Under the pieces are notes generated by a model, which worked only from the letters and a program-made list of their open reading frames with translations, was not told the DNA's origin and did no database searches. A DNA stretch of 63,853 nt, counting the filler. It is 4 parts of 4 records of this genome, joined end to end, with 100 filler letters (N's around TTAATTAATTAA, not from the genome) between each part and the next. Parts side by side here need not be neighbours in the genome. Positions count along the whole stretch, not along the records: positions 1 to 25,144 come from DRR723986_6991; positions 25,245 to 48,086 come from DRR723986_6996; 2 more parts are not named here. The stretch is one strand, 5' to 3'. This document shows, piece by piece, positions 19,778 through 30,095 of this stretch. Each line of letters begins with the position of its first letter. The stretch's first letter is position 1. Made by a program: the position numbers and the translations under genes.

Positions 19778-20620
19778 TCATCTGGAAATTTCCCCTGCCA
19801 ACACCGCTCGTCCGTGCACAGCCAACGTCGCTGAAAACCTCTGGCACCCAAACTTGCGGATCACATCGAGGACCCGCGCTTCGTAGGCAACGTGCCCAAT
19901 CAAACGACACAGGTCGGACGCGTGGAACTGGCGGTTCGCAGTGGGCGCAGCTTGCATCTGTCTCAGCAATTCGCGCTCTTTCGGGTCCGTTATCCGTTTC
20001 TGCGATGGTTTCACATCGGAACGAGACGGGGTTCCCGGCGATTTTCGCCATCGGCGCATGAAGCCAAGCAGGAAGCCGGCCGGCACCCTACCGTTGCCTC
20101 GGGACCGATTGAAGGCGAGGAAGCGATCCCAGATGATCTGGGTGTCGACGTTCCAGCAGGGCAGCGTGGCCTTCGCTGCTTTGATGAGCTCCGCCCAACT
20201 GGTCTGAAAAACGTTCGAACTCGCGGTGATTTCGATCAGTCCTGAGAAGATAGTTTTGTTATTATTATCTCTAGATAGTGATGTGTCGCCTTCACCTGAC
20301 ACGAGATCATGGGTTTCACTCTCCTCGTCGAAGGCTGAAAACCGAAAGATCCAGGGCGCGAACTTGCCATTCGGCTTCGCCCGCTCGAGCTGCAACTCTG
20401 ACGTCTCAAGTTCGCTCAGAAGAACCGTAAGATACTGTCGTGAGACACCCATCTTCTCTGCAAGGGCCGAGAGGGTGAAGGCTGCCGTTCCGCGCGACAA
20501 CCCGTTGTAGCCATCCTTCCAGGCGAGGGCATCGAGGATGAGGGTGGCAAGCTTGTGCGCTGCAACAGAGAGATTTGTCTGCGTGATCCGTCGCAGGATC
20601 AGGCCGGTCGTAGGTTCCAT
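19778..20620 (-). CDS. HTH-domain protein, possibly plasmid backbone/replication related
   Basis: AAGGAG RBS; FTLSALAEKMGVSRQYLTVLLSEL HTH. Confidence 0.65.
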   Translation of the reverse strand: MEPTTGLILRRITQTNLSVAAHKLATLILDALAWKDGYNGLSRGTAAFTLSALAEKMGVSRQYLTVLLSELETSELQLERAKPNGKFAPWIFRFSAFDEESETHDLVSGEGDTSLSRDNNNKTIFSGLIEITASSNVFQTSWAELIKAAKATLPCWNVDTQIIWDRFLAFNRSRGNGRVPAGFLLGFMRRWRKSPGTPSRSDVKPSQKRITDPKERELLRQMQAAPTANRQFHASDLCRLIGHVAYEARVLDVIRKFGCQRFSATLAVHGRAVLAGEISR

Positions 20621-20856
20621 GGTCGAGGTCTCCTTGGAGATCCGACGCCATGTCGCGAAACAACAACATTATTGCCAGCAAAACAACTTTGCTGGTTGCA
20701 GGTGTTTTAGCCGTGCGCTAGGAAGCTCTTGTTCACGGAGTTCTCTTGCACGGCGTCAGGCTTCACGGTCTGGCGTCGTCTTCTTTTCGGGGGTTTTGCA
20801 CAGCTTCCCGTGCGGGGTTGTGAGGAAGCGCGCGGCGAAACCGCGGGCTGGTTTTG

Positions 20857-21510
20857 TCAGTAGCGAACCTCTTCAGAGCCATAGTTCCCGGCGTGATCGC
20901 GCCAGTCGACGAAGACGGAACGGTAGAAGTAGCTGCCGCATCCATTCGGGATGCTCAGGCCGGATGCGGCCGGCACTTGGCCCACGTTGGACCTTGTCCA
21001 TCGGTAATCGCCCTGCACGCCGTAGGACCCCAACCGCGTGGAGTCGCTGCGATTGCAGTCGCCATCTCGGTTTTCGTGCTGGCGGTACTGGATGTGATAG
21101 ACGCGAATGCTGCGCACGAAATCAAAGGCGTCGCCCGAGATGTCGATGTCGGCTTGCTCATCCGCTTGGACGCGGACAAGGGGGATCGGAGTCGATTCCT
21201 GCGGTTCGGGCGGATCGCTGAACGTGATGTCATAAAGGCGTTCCATAGGCGACATCGGACTGGGACCGTTGAACGACACACCCATCGGACACCGCCAGAT
21301 TTGTAAGGGCGGCTCGATCGGCCATGGCGTGATCCGCCGAATGAAGACCGCTCTGGCATGCGCGCAGGGCGCGGAGGCAGGCCAGCCGCCCGCAAGGCAG
21401 AGGAGGATTGCACAGTCCACCTGATAGGCCTGAGCCGGACCTGACGAGGCCATTAGTCCGGATATGCTTAGTACCGTGGCTGTTGCCACGCTGTGGATCA
21501 CGTGCTTCAT
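20857..21510 (-). CDS. Exported Cys-containing protein, TrbM/KikA-like N-terminus
   Basis: Signal peptide ending AQA, then YQVDCAILLCLAGGWP...C; GGAG RBS. Confidence 0.6.
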   Translation of the reverse strand: MKHVIHSVATATVLSISGLMASSGPAQAYQVDCAILLCLAGGWPASAPCAHARAVFIRRITPWPIEPPLQIWRCPMGVSFNGPSPMSPMERLYDITFSDPPEPQESTPIPLVRVQADEQADIDISGDAFDFVRSIRVYHIQYRQHENRDGDCNRSDSTRLGSYGVQGDYRWTRSNVGQVPAASGLSIPNGCGSYFYRSVFVDWRDHAGNYGSEEVRY

Positions 21511-21773
21511 GATGCCGACTCCATCTATAATGGTGCAGCGATACGAAACAACATTAATGATAGCAAGGAGATTTGATCGATGATTGCGTGCAAGTCTTGC
21601 CTTCGTCGCTCATCATATTCTCGAACCTGGCAGCGGACTGCGGAAGAGTTGCGGCCAATTAACCGGCCAAGATCTCGGTCACTACGCCACTTTATGGGTC
21701 GGCAACCTCATGATAGTGTGTAGTTTTAGAAGAGTTGATTCATGGCCAAAATAGCGGCCAGAAAGCAGGACAA

Positions 21774-22973
21774 GTGACGACCCCGGATGATGGAGAAACG
21801 GTAGGACTTTTCGAGCCTCTCATGGTTTCTGAAGGTGCTCCCGCGCGCGCAAGTCTAAACGATCTCGCGCTCGAGCTGGCAGAAAAGTCTGCGGCGTTTC
21901 GGAGCGGGTTGCCTTCTTCCGTCTCGGAAGCGTTGGCAGATCTCGTGCGGGCGATGAACTGCTACTACAGTAACCTCATCGAAGGGCACGACACCCATCC
22001 CATCGACATCGAACGCGCGATGCACGGCGACTACAGCGCTGATCCATCGAGGCGAAACCTTCAGCTCGAAGCCAAGGCGCATGTTGCAGTCCAGAAATGG
22101 ATCGACGGAGACGGTATGGCGGAGCAACCAACCGCGCCCGCGTCGATTATCGAGCTGCATCGCCGCTTCTGCGAGCTGCTGCCGCCTGAGCTTCTCTTTG
22201 TCGAGAACCCAAAGACGGGCGAAAAAATTCCGGTTGTGCCTGGCGAGCTTCGGACGCGCTATGTTGAAGTCGGGCGACACATTGCCATCAGCCCTGGCGC
22301 AGTGCCACGTTTTCTCGAACGCATGCACAAGGCTTACAGCCTGCCTGGCAGGATCGAACCCATCCTTGCTGCGGCTTGCGCCCATCACCGGCTTCTCTGG
22401 GTGCACCCGTTCCTCGACGGGAACGGGCGTGTTGCCCGCCTCATGTCTTACGCCATGCTGCAAAGAACGCTCGACACGCGCGGCCTCTGGTCTGTGGCGC
22501 GCGGGCTTGCACGACAAGAGGTCTCCTACAAAGAGCACCTTGCTGCCTGCGACGGTCCCCGACGTGGAGATCGCGACGGTCGCGGTACGCTCAGCGAAGC
22601 CGCACTTGCCTCCTTCGCAGGCTTCTTCCTGCGCACCAGTATCGACCAGGTGGAGTTCATGGAAAGCCTCATGCGACCTGATCGGCTGCGTGACCGCATC
22701 CTTATTTGGGCTGAAGAGGAAATCCGCGCCGGAGCGCTGCCTCCAAAATCCGATACTGTACTGAAAGCCATGCTCTATCAGGGGCAGATCGAGCGCAGGG
22801 AGGTCGAAGCCATCCTTGGCACGAGCGATCGCACTGCGCGGCGGGTGACGTCTGCGCTACTTGAAACGGGTGCCCTGTCCTCAACATCGACCCGCGCGCC
22901 GCTCAAACTAGCGTTCCCTGCCAAATATGCAGGTCGGTGGATGCCGGGGCTGTTTCCCGAACGGGGTGAATGA
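21774..22973 (+). CDS. Fic family protein with N-terminal inhibitory motif and C-terminal HTH (start GTG 21774 or TTG 21735)
   Basis: HPFLDGNGRVAR catalytic motif, SNLIEG motif. Confidence 0.92.
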   Translation: MTTPDDGETVGLFEPLMVSEGAPARASLNDLALELAEKSAAFRSGLPSSVSEALADLVRAMNCYYSNLIEGHDTHPIDIERAMHGDYSADPSRRNLQLEAKAHVAVQKWIDGDGMAEQPTAPASIIELHRRFCELLPPELLFVENPKTGEKIPVVPGELRTRYVEVGRHIAISPGAVPRFLERMHKAYSLPGRIEPILAAACAHHRLLWVHPFLDGNGRVARLMSYAMLQRTLDTRGLWSVARGLARQEVSYKEHLAACDGPRRGDRDGRGTLSEAALASFAGFFLRTSIDQVEFMESLMRPDRLRDRILIWAEEEIRAGALPPKSDTVLKAMLYQGQIERREVEAILGTSDRTARRVTSALLETGALSSTSTRAPLKLAFPAKYAGRWMPGLFPERGE

Positions 22974-23024
22974 GAGGATGAAGTGCGGCAATGTAGCGAT
23001 CAACAAGAGATTTGAGGTAGAACA

Positions 23025-23220
23025 TTGATTAGTTTCAGATAAGGAAGCAAAGGAGAGAGTGCGAAACTTCCACCTGAAGCAGGATTTGATGACCGGGCTG
23101 ATATTATCAGGTGGCATCTGGCAGAGGTTTTCGGCTCCAAGAACCTGTCTTTTCTCATTGGCTCCGGTTGCTCTGCCTACATGCACGAAGGAAATGAGCC
23201 TGGCATTCCGACGATGGGAT
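23025..23220 (+). pseudogene. 5' remnant of a SIR2-like protein gene
   Basis: TTG start after GAGG, in-frame TAA at 23040-23042, then ...AEVFGSKNLSFLIGSGCS...GIPTMG; similarity ends near the RND 3' end. Confidence 0.65.
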
Positions 23221-23247
23221 ACGAAGAACTTACCGGCATAGACCGCA

Positions 23248-25144
23248 TCATGCTGACCGATCACGCGGACGCATATCCTCCAGCACCGCATAGAATGCGG
23301 GCAGCACCAGCAGGATCAGCACCGTCGCGGCCAGCAGCCCGAAGACGACCGAAATCACCAGCGGTTTCAGCGTTTGCGCCTGGGTCGAAGTTTCAAGCAA
23401 CATCGGCGCCATGCCCATGATGGTGGTCGAAACCGACACGAAGATCGGCCGGAACCGGGCGCGCACGGCCTCTCCGGCGGCGTTTGCGGCGGACAGCCCA
23501 TCCGCCCGGCGCGCATTGATCACACCGACCAGAAGGATCGCGTTGTTCACCACGATCCCGGCCAGCGACACCGCCCCTACCAGCGAGGGCATCGAGATGT
23601 TGTAGCCCATCAGCACATGGCCCCAGATCACGCCCAGAAAGGCCAGCGGTATGGTGATCATCACGATCAGCGGCTCGACATAGTTGCGGAACTGAAAGCT
23701 GAGCACGACATAGACACCGACCAGCCCGATCAGAAAGCCCCGCAGGATCGAGCCGACGGTTTCCGCCGAATTCGCGGCCTGACCGCCGATCTCGACCCCA
23801 AGGCGCGGGGTGTCGGCAACCAGATCGGTCAGGAAGCCCTCGGCCAGCTGCGCGGTGATCGCATCGGCATTGCCGACACGTCCATCGACATCGGCCGAGA
23901 CGGTCACGGTGCGCAATCCGTTCCGCCGGGTGATGCTGCCCCAACCGCGCGCTTCGGTGATCGTGGCAATCGTGGCAAGCGGCACCGTGCCGCCATCCGG
24001 CAGCGCAATCTCGAAGGCGTTTAGGTCGGCGCGGGTGGCACGATCATTGTCTGCAAGCCGCACCTCCAGATCAAAGGCCAGATCGCCGCGCCGGATCTCG
24101 GCAAGCTGTGTCCCCAGGAAAGCCGCCCGCAACTGCCCTGCCACCTCTCCTGCTGTCAGCCCGAGTGCTTCGGCCCCCGGCGACAGGCTCAGCCGCAGTT
24201 CGGGCGCGCCAGGGCGCAGGTCGAGCATCGCGTTGCGAACGCCGGCATAGGAATCCAGTTCGGCCAGCGTGGCACGCCCCGCCGCCTCCAGCGTCGCAAG
24301 GTCGGGATGGCTCAGCCGCAGTTCCACGGCAGTGCCCTGCGGGCCGATCCCCGGTTCGGTCAGGATCAGAGAGCTGACGCCGGGCAACACTCCGATTTCC
24401 TCGCGCCAGAGGCTGACGATCTCGTCAAGGGTGCTGGTGCGGGTTTCGGCCCCCAACAGGTCGACCGCAACGGTGGCGACATGCGCGCCGGTCTCGCCCG
24501 CCGACAGGTTGCGGCCCAGGCGGGTGATGCGGCGGATCACAAGGGGCTGCGCCTCGGGCTGAGCGGGGCTCAAACGCGCGGTCACGCGGTCAAGCGCCGC
24601 CTCGACCTGGTCAACCGCCTCGATCGTGCGCGACAGGGGTGTGCCAGCGGGCAGCATCAGCCGCGCTTCCAGAACGTCGCCGTCAATCTCGGGCATCGCC
24701 TCGCGCTCGACCACGCCACCACCCAATGCGCCAGCGGTCAGGATCAGGGCCCCGATGGCCAGCCCCGCGACCAACCAGCGCCAGCGGATCACGGCATCGG
24801 CAAGGCGCCCCACGCCCTTTTCGCGCAACAGATCGAACCCAGCGTCAAAACGGCGGCGAAAGCGCGAGGGCGCGCTCTGCGTCATCCCGCCCTTCAGATG
24901 GTGCGGCAGGATCAGGAAGGCCTCGACCAGCGAGGCCGCGAGCGCCGCCAGCAACACGACCGGCAGCACTTCCAGCACCGCCCCCAACTCGCCCGCCAGG
25001 AACGCCAGGGGCAGGAAGACCGCCAGCGTCGTCAGGAAGGACGAAGTCACGCCCGGTGCAACCGCCGCGACGCCCGCGGCCACGGTATCGATGGTCGTTC
25101 CTTTGGCGGCGTGTACCGCGATGGAATCCGCGATCACGATGGAA
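23248..25144 (-). CDS. RND (AcrB/AcrD/AcrF) efflux permease, C-terminal part (5' cut by contig end)
   Basis: SSFLTTLAVFLPL, GIVVNNAILL, RFRPIFVSVSTTIMGMAP. Confidence 0.92.
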
Positions 25145-25244
25145 NNNNNNNNNNNNNNNNNNNNNNNNNNNNNNNNNNNNNNNNNNNNTTAATTAATTAA
25201 NNNNNNNNNNNNNNNNNNNNNNNNNNNNNNNNNNNNNNNNNNNN
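25145..25244. other. Artificial contig linker
   Basis: N44-TTAATTAATTAA-N44, stops in all six frames. Confidence 0.99.
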
Positions 25245-25245
25245 A

Positions 25246-25953
25246 AAGGGCATCAACATGTCCCGGATCATGCGGTCGTTTTATAAGCATGCGGAACGGA
25301 CGTTTAGCTTTGAAGTGATCGAAGCGGCGTTGGATGATTATATTTCAGATCTGGAGAGTTTTGACGCCCGGATCCAGATGCGGTTCAGCTACCCCGCGCG
25401 CGTGAACAGCCTGCGCTCGGGGCTGTCTGGGTATCAGTATTACGATATCGCGTTGGAATTGGTAGAAACCAATGGGGTGCGCCAAAAAATCATGCACCTT
25501 GATTACGTCTATTCGTCCACCTGCCCATGTTCCCTAGAGTTGAGCGAACATGCCCGTGTGACACGCGGACAGCTGGCCACGCCGCATTCGCAACGCTCTG
25601 TGGCGCGCATCTCGGTAGAGGTGGATTGCAACACTGATTGCTTGTGGTTCGAGGATTTGATTGGCCTGTGTCGTCAAGCCGTGCCGACGGAAACACAGGT
25701 GATGGTCAAGCGGGAAGACGAACAAGCCTTTGCTGAATTGAATGCTGCGAACCCAATTTTCGTCGAAGATGCAGCGCGTTTGTTTTGCGAGGCGTTGCTG
25801 GCGGACCATCATATTGGCGATTTTCGTGTCGTGGCGAGCCATCAGGAAAGCCTGCACAGTCATGACGCGGTGAGCATCCTTACCGAAGGGCCAACTTTTG
25901 CGGCGCAAAGCTTGGACCCGAAACTGTTCAATACGCTGTTCCACGTTGGGTAA
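25246..25953 (+). CDS. folE2: GTP cyclohydrolase FolE2, 5' truncated
   Basis: KGINMSR, YSSTCPCS, ATPHSQRS, VKREDEQ, FVEDAAR, HQESLHSHDA. Confidence 0.93.
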   Translation, partial: KGINMSRIMRSFYKHAERTFSFEVIEAALDDYISDLESFDARIQMRFSYPARVNSLRSGLSGYQYYDIALELVETNGVRQKIMHLDYVYSSTCPCSLELSEHARVTRGQLATPHSQRSVARISVEVDCNTDCLWFEDLIGLCRQAVPTETQVMVKREDEQAFAELNAANPIFVEDAARLFCEALLADHHIGDFRVVASHQESLHSHDAVSILTEGPTFAAQSLDPKLFNTLFHVG

Positions 25954-26043
25954 AAACCAATCGCAGATTTCGGGTGTCCCGGTTGCCTCATGTTTTGGCA
26001 GGCGGGTCATCTTGTGCGTGGAAACGCCATCGAAACCTGTGAC

Positions 26044-26076
26044 GCTGCATCGCAGCAAATAATGCTGCACTTGCAA
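26044..26076. promoter_or_regulatory. Tandem PhaR-like boxes
   Basis: GCTGCATCGCAGC and TGCTGCACTTGCAA, matching CTGC-N3/4-GCAG (second box with one mismatch). Confidence 0.6.
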
Positions 26077-26263
26077 AGTGAATCTTGTAACATATCTCTG
26101 ACGTAAGAATCGTGTTGATCAGTGATGACAACAGGACGGAACGGAAGGGGAGTGCAATGCGCACCCAAAATGAGCATCCAACCACCCGATCCTGCTTTGG
26201 CGGGCTGGGTGAGGGTCCCCTGATCGCGTTTTCACCACTTCAGTTTTTCAAGGAGCTTTCTCA

Positions 26264-26941
26264 ATGACTTCGATCTCTAATCCGCTTGAAATGCAGGCAG
26301 CGGCCTTTCGTTTTGCAGGGTATGCAATGTCATCCCAATTGAAGATCATGCAGATTATGACCGAGACTGCGCTGCAGGCTCCGATGTATTCGGCGCAAAC
26401 GTGGCGGGCCTATGCTGCGCCAGTTTTCGCTGAGACACCGCAGACCAAGACCGCTGATAAACCTGCGCAGCCAGCTCAGGCGCCAAAGCCCGCGATACAG
26501 GCAGCGCGAAAAGCATCGGTCGCCAAATCCACAGCAGCAAAGCCTGTCGAGGTAAAGCCTGTGGCGGCACAAGCGCCTGCTGCGAAGCCTGTCTCTGTAG
26601 TTGCCAAAAAACCGACGCAAGCCACTGCGAAAACCGCCTCCGATGCCGGACAAGCGGCAAGTGCCCCGAAAAAACCAACCCCTGCTGCGGTTGCGCCTAA
26701 AGTCGCCACGACGACCCCTGCCAAACAACCTGCGAAGCCTGCGGTGACTCCTACTCAGGCAGCCGTGCCAGTGGTTCCTGCGGTGGCGGAAACCGCGAAA
26801 CCTGTAGCTGCTAAAGCAGAACCAACCCCAGCAAAACCGGCTCAAGCTGCAGCAAAGCGCACCAAATCAGCTCCGCGTCGCGCCCGTACCACGACAAATC
26901 GAGGCCGCCCCGCCCAAGGCAAGTCACCTACGAAAAGCTGA
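26264..26941 (+). CDS. Ala/Lys/Pro-rich low-complexity protein
   Basis: AAGGAG RBS; short helical N-terminus, then repeated AAKP/AKP units. Confidence 0.8.
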   Translation: MTSISNPLEMQAAAFRFAGYAMSSQLKIMQIMTETALQAPMYSAQTWRAYAAPVFAETPQTKTADKPAQPAQAPKPAIQAARKASVAKSTAAKPVEVKPVAAQAPAAKPVSVVAKKPTQATAKTASDAGQAASAPKKPTPAAVAPKVATTTPAKQPAKPAVTPTQAAVPVVPAVAETAKPVAAKAEPTPAKPAQAAAKRTKSAPRRARTTTNRGRPAQGKSPTKS

Positions 26942-26994
26942 GGCGTCGCAGGACGGCTTGACACTTCTGCCTGACCACGCCAACGCTGCGAACC

Positions 26995-28443
26995 ATGTTG
27001 GATTTTCGCCCTGTTGGATATGTGATTGGCCTGCTGGTCGCCATTCTTGGCGCAACCATGGTGCTGCCTCTGTTCGCCGACCTGATCGAAGGGCGCGGCG
27101 AGTGGCATGTCTTTTTGGAAAGCGCCGTCATTACGGTGCTGACCGGCGGGCTTATCGCGCTTAGCTGTGCGAATGGGGTCCGCGAAGGGCTGACCATTCA
27201 ACAGACCTTTTTGCTCACCACAGGTGTTTGGGTGGCGCTGCCAATGTTTGGCGCAATCCCCTTTATGCTGGGTGAGACCGAGCTTCGTTTTGTGGATGCG
27301 ATGTTTGAGGCCATGTCGGGCCTGACGACAACCGGATCTACGGTGATCTCAGGCTTGGATGATCTGCCGCGTGGATTGTTGTTGTGGCGCGGCTTGCTAC
27401 AATGGCTTGGCGGCATTGGTATTATTGTTGTCGCTATGGTTTTCTTGCCTGAGTTGCGGGTCGGCGGGATGCAGATCTTTCGCTCTGAAGGGTTTGACAC
27501 ATTCGGGAAAATCTTGCCCCGGGCGCAGGCGATCTCGGGCCAGATTTCTATGATCTATCTGGGTCTGACAGTGGCCTGTGGCATGACCTATCTGGGCATG
27601 GGGATGTTGCCGTTTGATGCGATGGTCCATGCGATGACCACAATCGCGACCGGCGGATTTTCGAACTATGATGCCTCGTTCGGGACTTTTTCTGGCCCAG
27701 CTGAGTATGCGGCGTCTTTCTTTATGATCCTCGCAGCTTTGCCATTTGTGCGATATGTTCAACTGGTCAACGGACAATCGCAACCGCTGTTCAAAGACAG
27801 CCAGATCCGCGGTTTCCTGATGGTGATCGTGGTGCTTGTGGCCCTGACTGTTGCGATCCTGACCAATGTTTTTCCCCACGATTGGGAGCAGGCCCTGCGG
27901 GAGGCTTTGTTCAATATCGTTTCGATCACTTCGGGCACCGGATACGCCAGCGTTGACTATATGCAATGGGGCGGCTTTCTGGTGATGCTGTTCTTTTTCA
28001 TCGGCCTTATCGGTGGGTGCGCGGGATCAACGGCCTGTTCGATCAAGATCTTTCGCTATCAATTGCTGTTTTCATCGGTCTGGGTGCAAATCCAGCGTAT
28101 CCGCTCGCCCAATGGCGTGTTTGTCCCACGGTTTCAGGGGCGGCGGGTCGATAACGAGGTTCTGAGTTCGGTCATGTCGTTCTTTGTCTTTTTCATCGTC
28201 ACCATCGGTGTTGTGGCTGTGGGATTGGCTTTGACAGGATTGGATATGATCACCTCGGTTTCAGGCGCGGCAACAGCCGTTGCCAATGTGGGGCCGGGGC
28301 TGGGAAGTGAAATTGGGCCAGCAGGGAACTTTGCAGGATTAAATGATACCGCAAAGTGGATGCTGACCGTGGCCATGTTGATTGGCCGACTGGAGCTGAT
28401 GGCAGTCTATGCCATCCTGACCGTACAATTCTGGAGAGCTTGA
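26995..28443 (+). CDS. trkH: Trk potassium uptake membrane protein
   Basis: FEAMSGLTTTG, ATGGF, GCAGST, GRLE. Confidence 0.95.
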   Translation: MLDFRPVGYVIGLLVAILGATMVLPLFADLIEGRGEWHVFLESAVITVLTGGLIALSCANGVREGLTIQQTFLLTTGVWVALPMFGAIPFMLGETELRFVDAMFEAMSGLTTTGSTVISGLDDLPRGLLLWRGLLQWLGGIGIIVVAMVFLPELRVGGMQIFRSEGFDTFGKILPRAQAISGQISMIYLGLTVACGMTYLGMGMLPFDAMVHAMTTIATGGFSNYDASFGTFSGPAEYAASFFMILAALPFVRYVQLVNGQSQPLFKDSQIRGFLMVIVVLVALTVAILTNVFPHDWEQALREALFNIVSITSGTGYASVDYMQWGGFLVMLFFFIGLIGGCAGSTACSIKIFRYQLLFSSVWVQIQRIRSPNGVFVPRFQGRRVDNEVLSSVMSFFVFFIVTIGVVAVGLALTGLDMITSVSGAATAVANVGPGLGSEIGPAGNFAGLNDTAKWMLTVAMLIGRLELMAVYAILTVQFWRA

Positions 28444-28455
28444 GGAGTAAGCCCG

Positions 28456-30039
28456 ATGAAAAGACCCCTAGGTGCACAGATTTCTCATGCACTTAAAGAC
28501 CGCGGAGTGGATGTTATTTTTGGCATCCCCGGTGTTCATAATCAGGAAATGTACCGCGGGATCGAAGAGGCGGGCATTACACATGTTCTGGCGCGTCACG
28601 AGCAAGGGGCCGGTTTCATGGCCGATGGCTATGCGCGTGCGTCGGGTAAGCCGGGGGTCGCTTATGTGATTACTGGGCCGGGTGTGTGCAACATCATGAC
28701 TCCGATGGGGCAGGGCTATTCTGATTCCGTTTCGATGCTGGTGATTTCATCGTGTCTTGATGAAACGGCGGCGCGTAAGGGACAGTTGCACCAGATGAAA
28801 GACCAAGAAGCCGCTGCTGCGACGGTGTGTGACTGGTCGCATACTGCGCATTCGCCAGCCGCCGCCTATGGTTTGATTGAGCGCGCGTTTGAAGAGTTCG
28901 AAACCCAACGCCCGCGCCCGAAACACATTCAGGTCCCAATCGCACAGCTAGAAGCAGATGCTGATCCAGCTCCGTTTCCAAATGTTCCGGCTTTGCGCAC
29001 CAAAGCGTTGGAACCTGACATTGCACCAGTCTTGTCCCTGTTGAACATCGCGCAGCGTCCATTGTTCATTCTGGGCGGCGGCGCGCGATCGAATTTGTGG
29101 CGTCAGATTGTGACACAGTTGGGGGCCGCAAGCCTGACCACATATGCAGGTCGTGGTATGATCGGGGCCGGATATAAACTGGATTTTGGGGCTGCTCTGG
29201 CACGACCGGGCAGCGCTGACATCGTGGCCTCAGCAGATTTGGTTATCGCAGTTGGTACGGAACTGGCCGAAGTGGATATATGGCGAGAAGACCTTGGACA
29301 TACGGCGACATTGGTGCGGGTTGATATTGACCCAACAGTCCTGTCGGACGGACAGCGCGCTGCGGTCAAATTGCAGGCCGATGGCGAGAGCTTTGCCAAA
29401 TCGCTTTGGGGGGCAACCGAGGGGTCCAAGCCTGCGACGGGGTGGAGCGAAGAGGAAGTGGCAAAGGCGCGTGCGGGGTGGCATGCGGAAACAGATATGG
29501 AGCGCCCCGGTATTGTGCCCATCGCCAGTGCTTTGCGCGATGCGATGCCCGAAGACACGATGATTTTCTCGGATATGACCCAATTTGCCTATGTTGCCAA
29601 AGAAGTCTGGGACATGCACCGTCCCTATCATTGGCATCACCCGTTTGGGTTTGGGACTTTGGGCTATGCGCTGCCTGCCGGAATCGGCGGGGCGGTGGCC
29701 CGCCAAGGCAAGCCCACGGCTGTTATCATAGGGGACTATGGGTTCCATTATACCATGCCCGAATTGGGTGTGGCCGTTGAGCTTGGATTGCCGTTGCCGA
29801 TTATCCTTTGGGACAATGGCAAATTGAAAGAGATCGAGGACAGCATGACACGCGCGCAAATTGCCCCCAATGCGGTGATTGCCCGAAACCCTGATTTCTG
29901 CAAGCTCGCCGAAGCCTTTGGTGCCATTTCGGTCGCGCCTGCGTCTTTGACCGAAATGGCAAGCGCGGTTCAGGCTGCGTTTTCTGCCAATGGACCAACT
30001 TTGATTTACCTGACACCTGATGTTTTGAGAGAAGCGTAG
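28456..30039 (+). CDS. Thiamine-pyrophosphate-dependent enzyme (ALS/2-oxoacid decarboxylase-like)
   Basis: FGIPGVHN, RHEQGAGFMADGYAR, GDYG...DN TPP motif. Confidence 0.92.
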   Translation: MKRPLGAQISHALKDRGVDVIFGIPGVHNQEMYRGIEEAGITHVLARHEQGAGFMADGYARASGKPGVAYVITGPGVCNIMTPMGQGYSDSVSMLVISSCLDETAARKGQLHQMKDQEAAAATVCDWSHTAHSPAAAYGLIERAFEEFETQRPRPKHIQVPIAQLEADADPAPFPNVPALRTKALEPDIAPVLSLLNIAQRPLFILGGGARSNLWRQIVTQLGAASLTTYAGRGMIGAGYKLDFGAALARPGSADIVASADLVIAVGTELAEVDIWREDLGHTATLVRVDIDPTVLSDGQRAAVKLQADGESFAKSLWGATEGSKPATGWSEEEVAKARAGWHAETDMERPGIVPIASALRDAMPEDTMIFSDMTQFAYVAKEVWDMHRPYHWHHPFGFGTLGYALPAGIGGAVARQGKPTAVIIGDYGFHYTMPELGVAVELGLPLPIILWDNGKLKEIEDSMTRAQIAPNAVIARNPDFCKLAEAFGAISVAPASLTEMASAVQAAFSANGPTLIYLTPDVLREA

Positions 30040-30066
30040 GCTGAGAAAGCTCCCTGCGCGCCTTAC
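30036..30066. repeat. REP-like imperfect palindrome, copy 1
   Basis: GTAGGCTG...GCGCGCCTTAC, related to 39939-39967. Confidence 0.45.
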
Positions 30067-30095
30067 AGGCTTGCGTCCTGCGGACGGCGGAAGGC

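Noticed and set aside
25189-25200. TTAATTAATTAA repeated three times in the window
   Set aside because: Synthetic all-frame stop linker inside N runs, not biological
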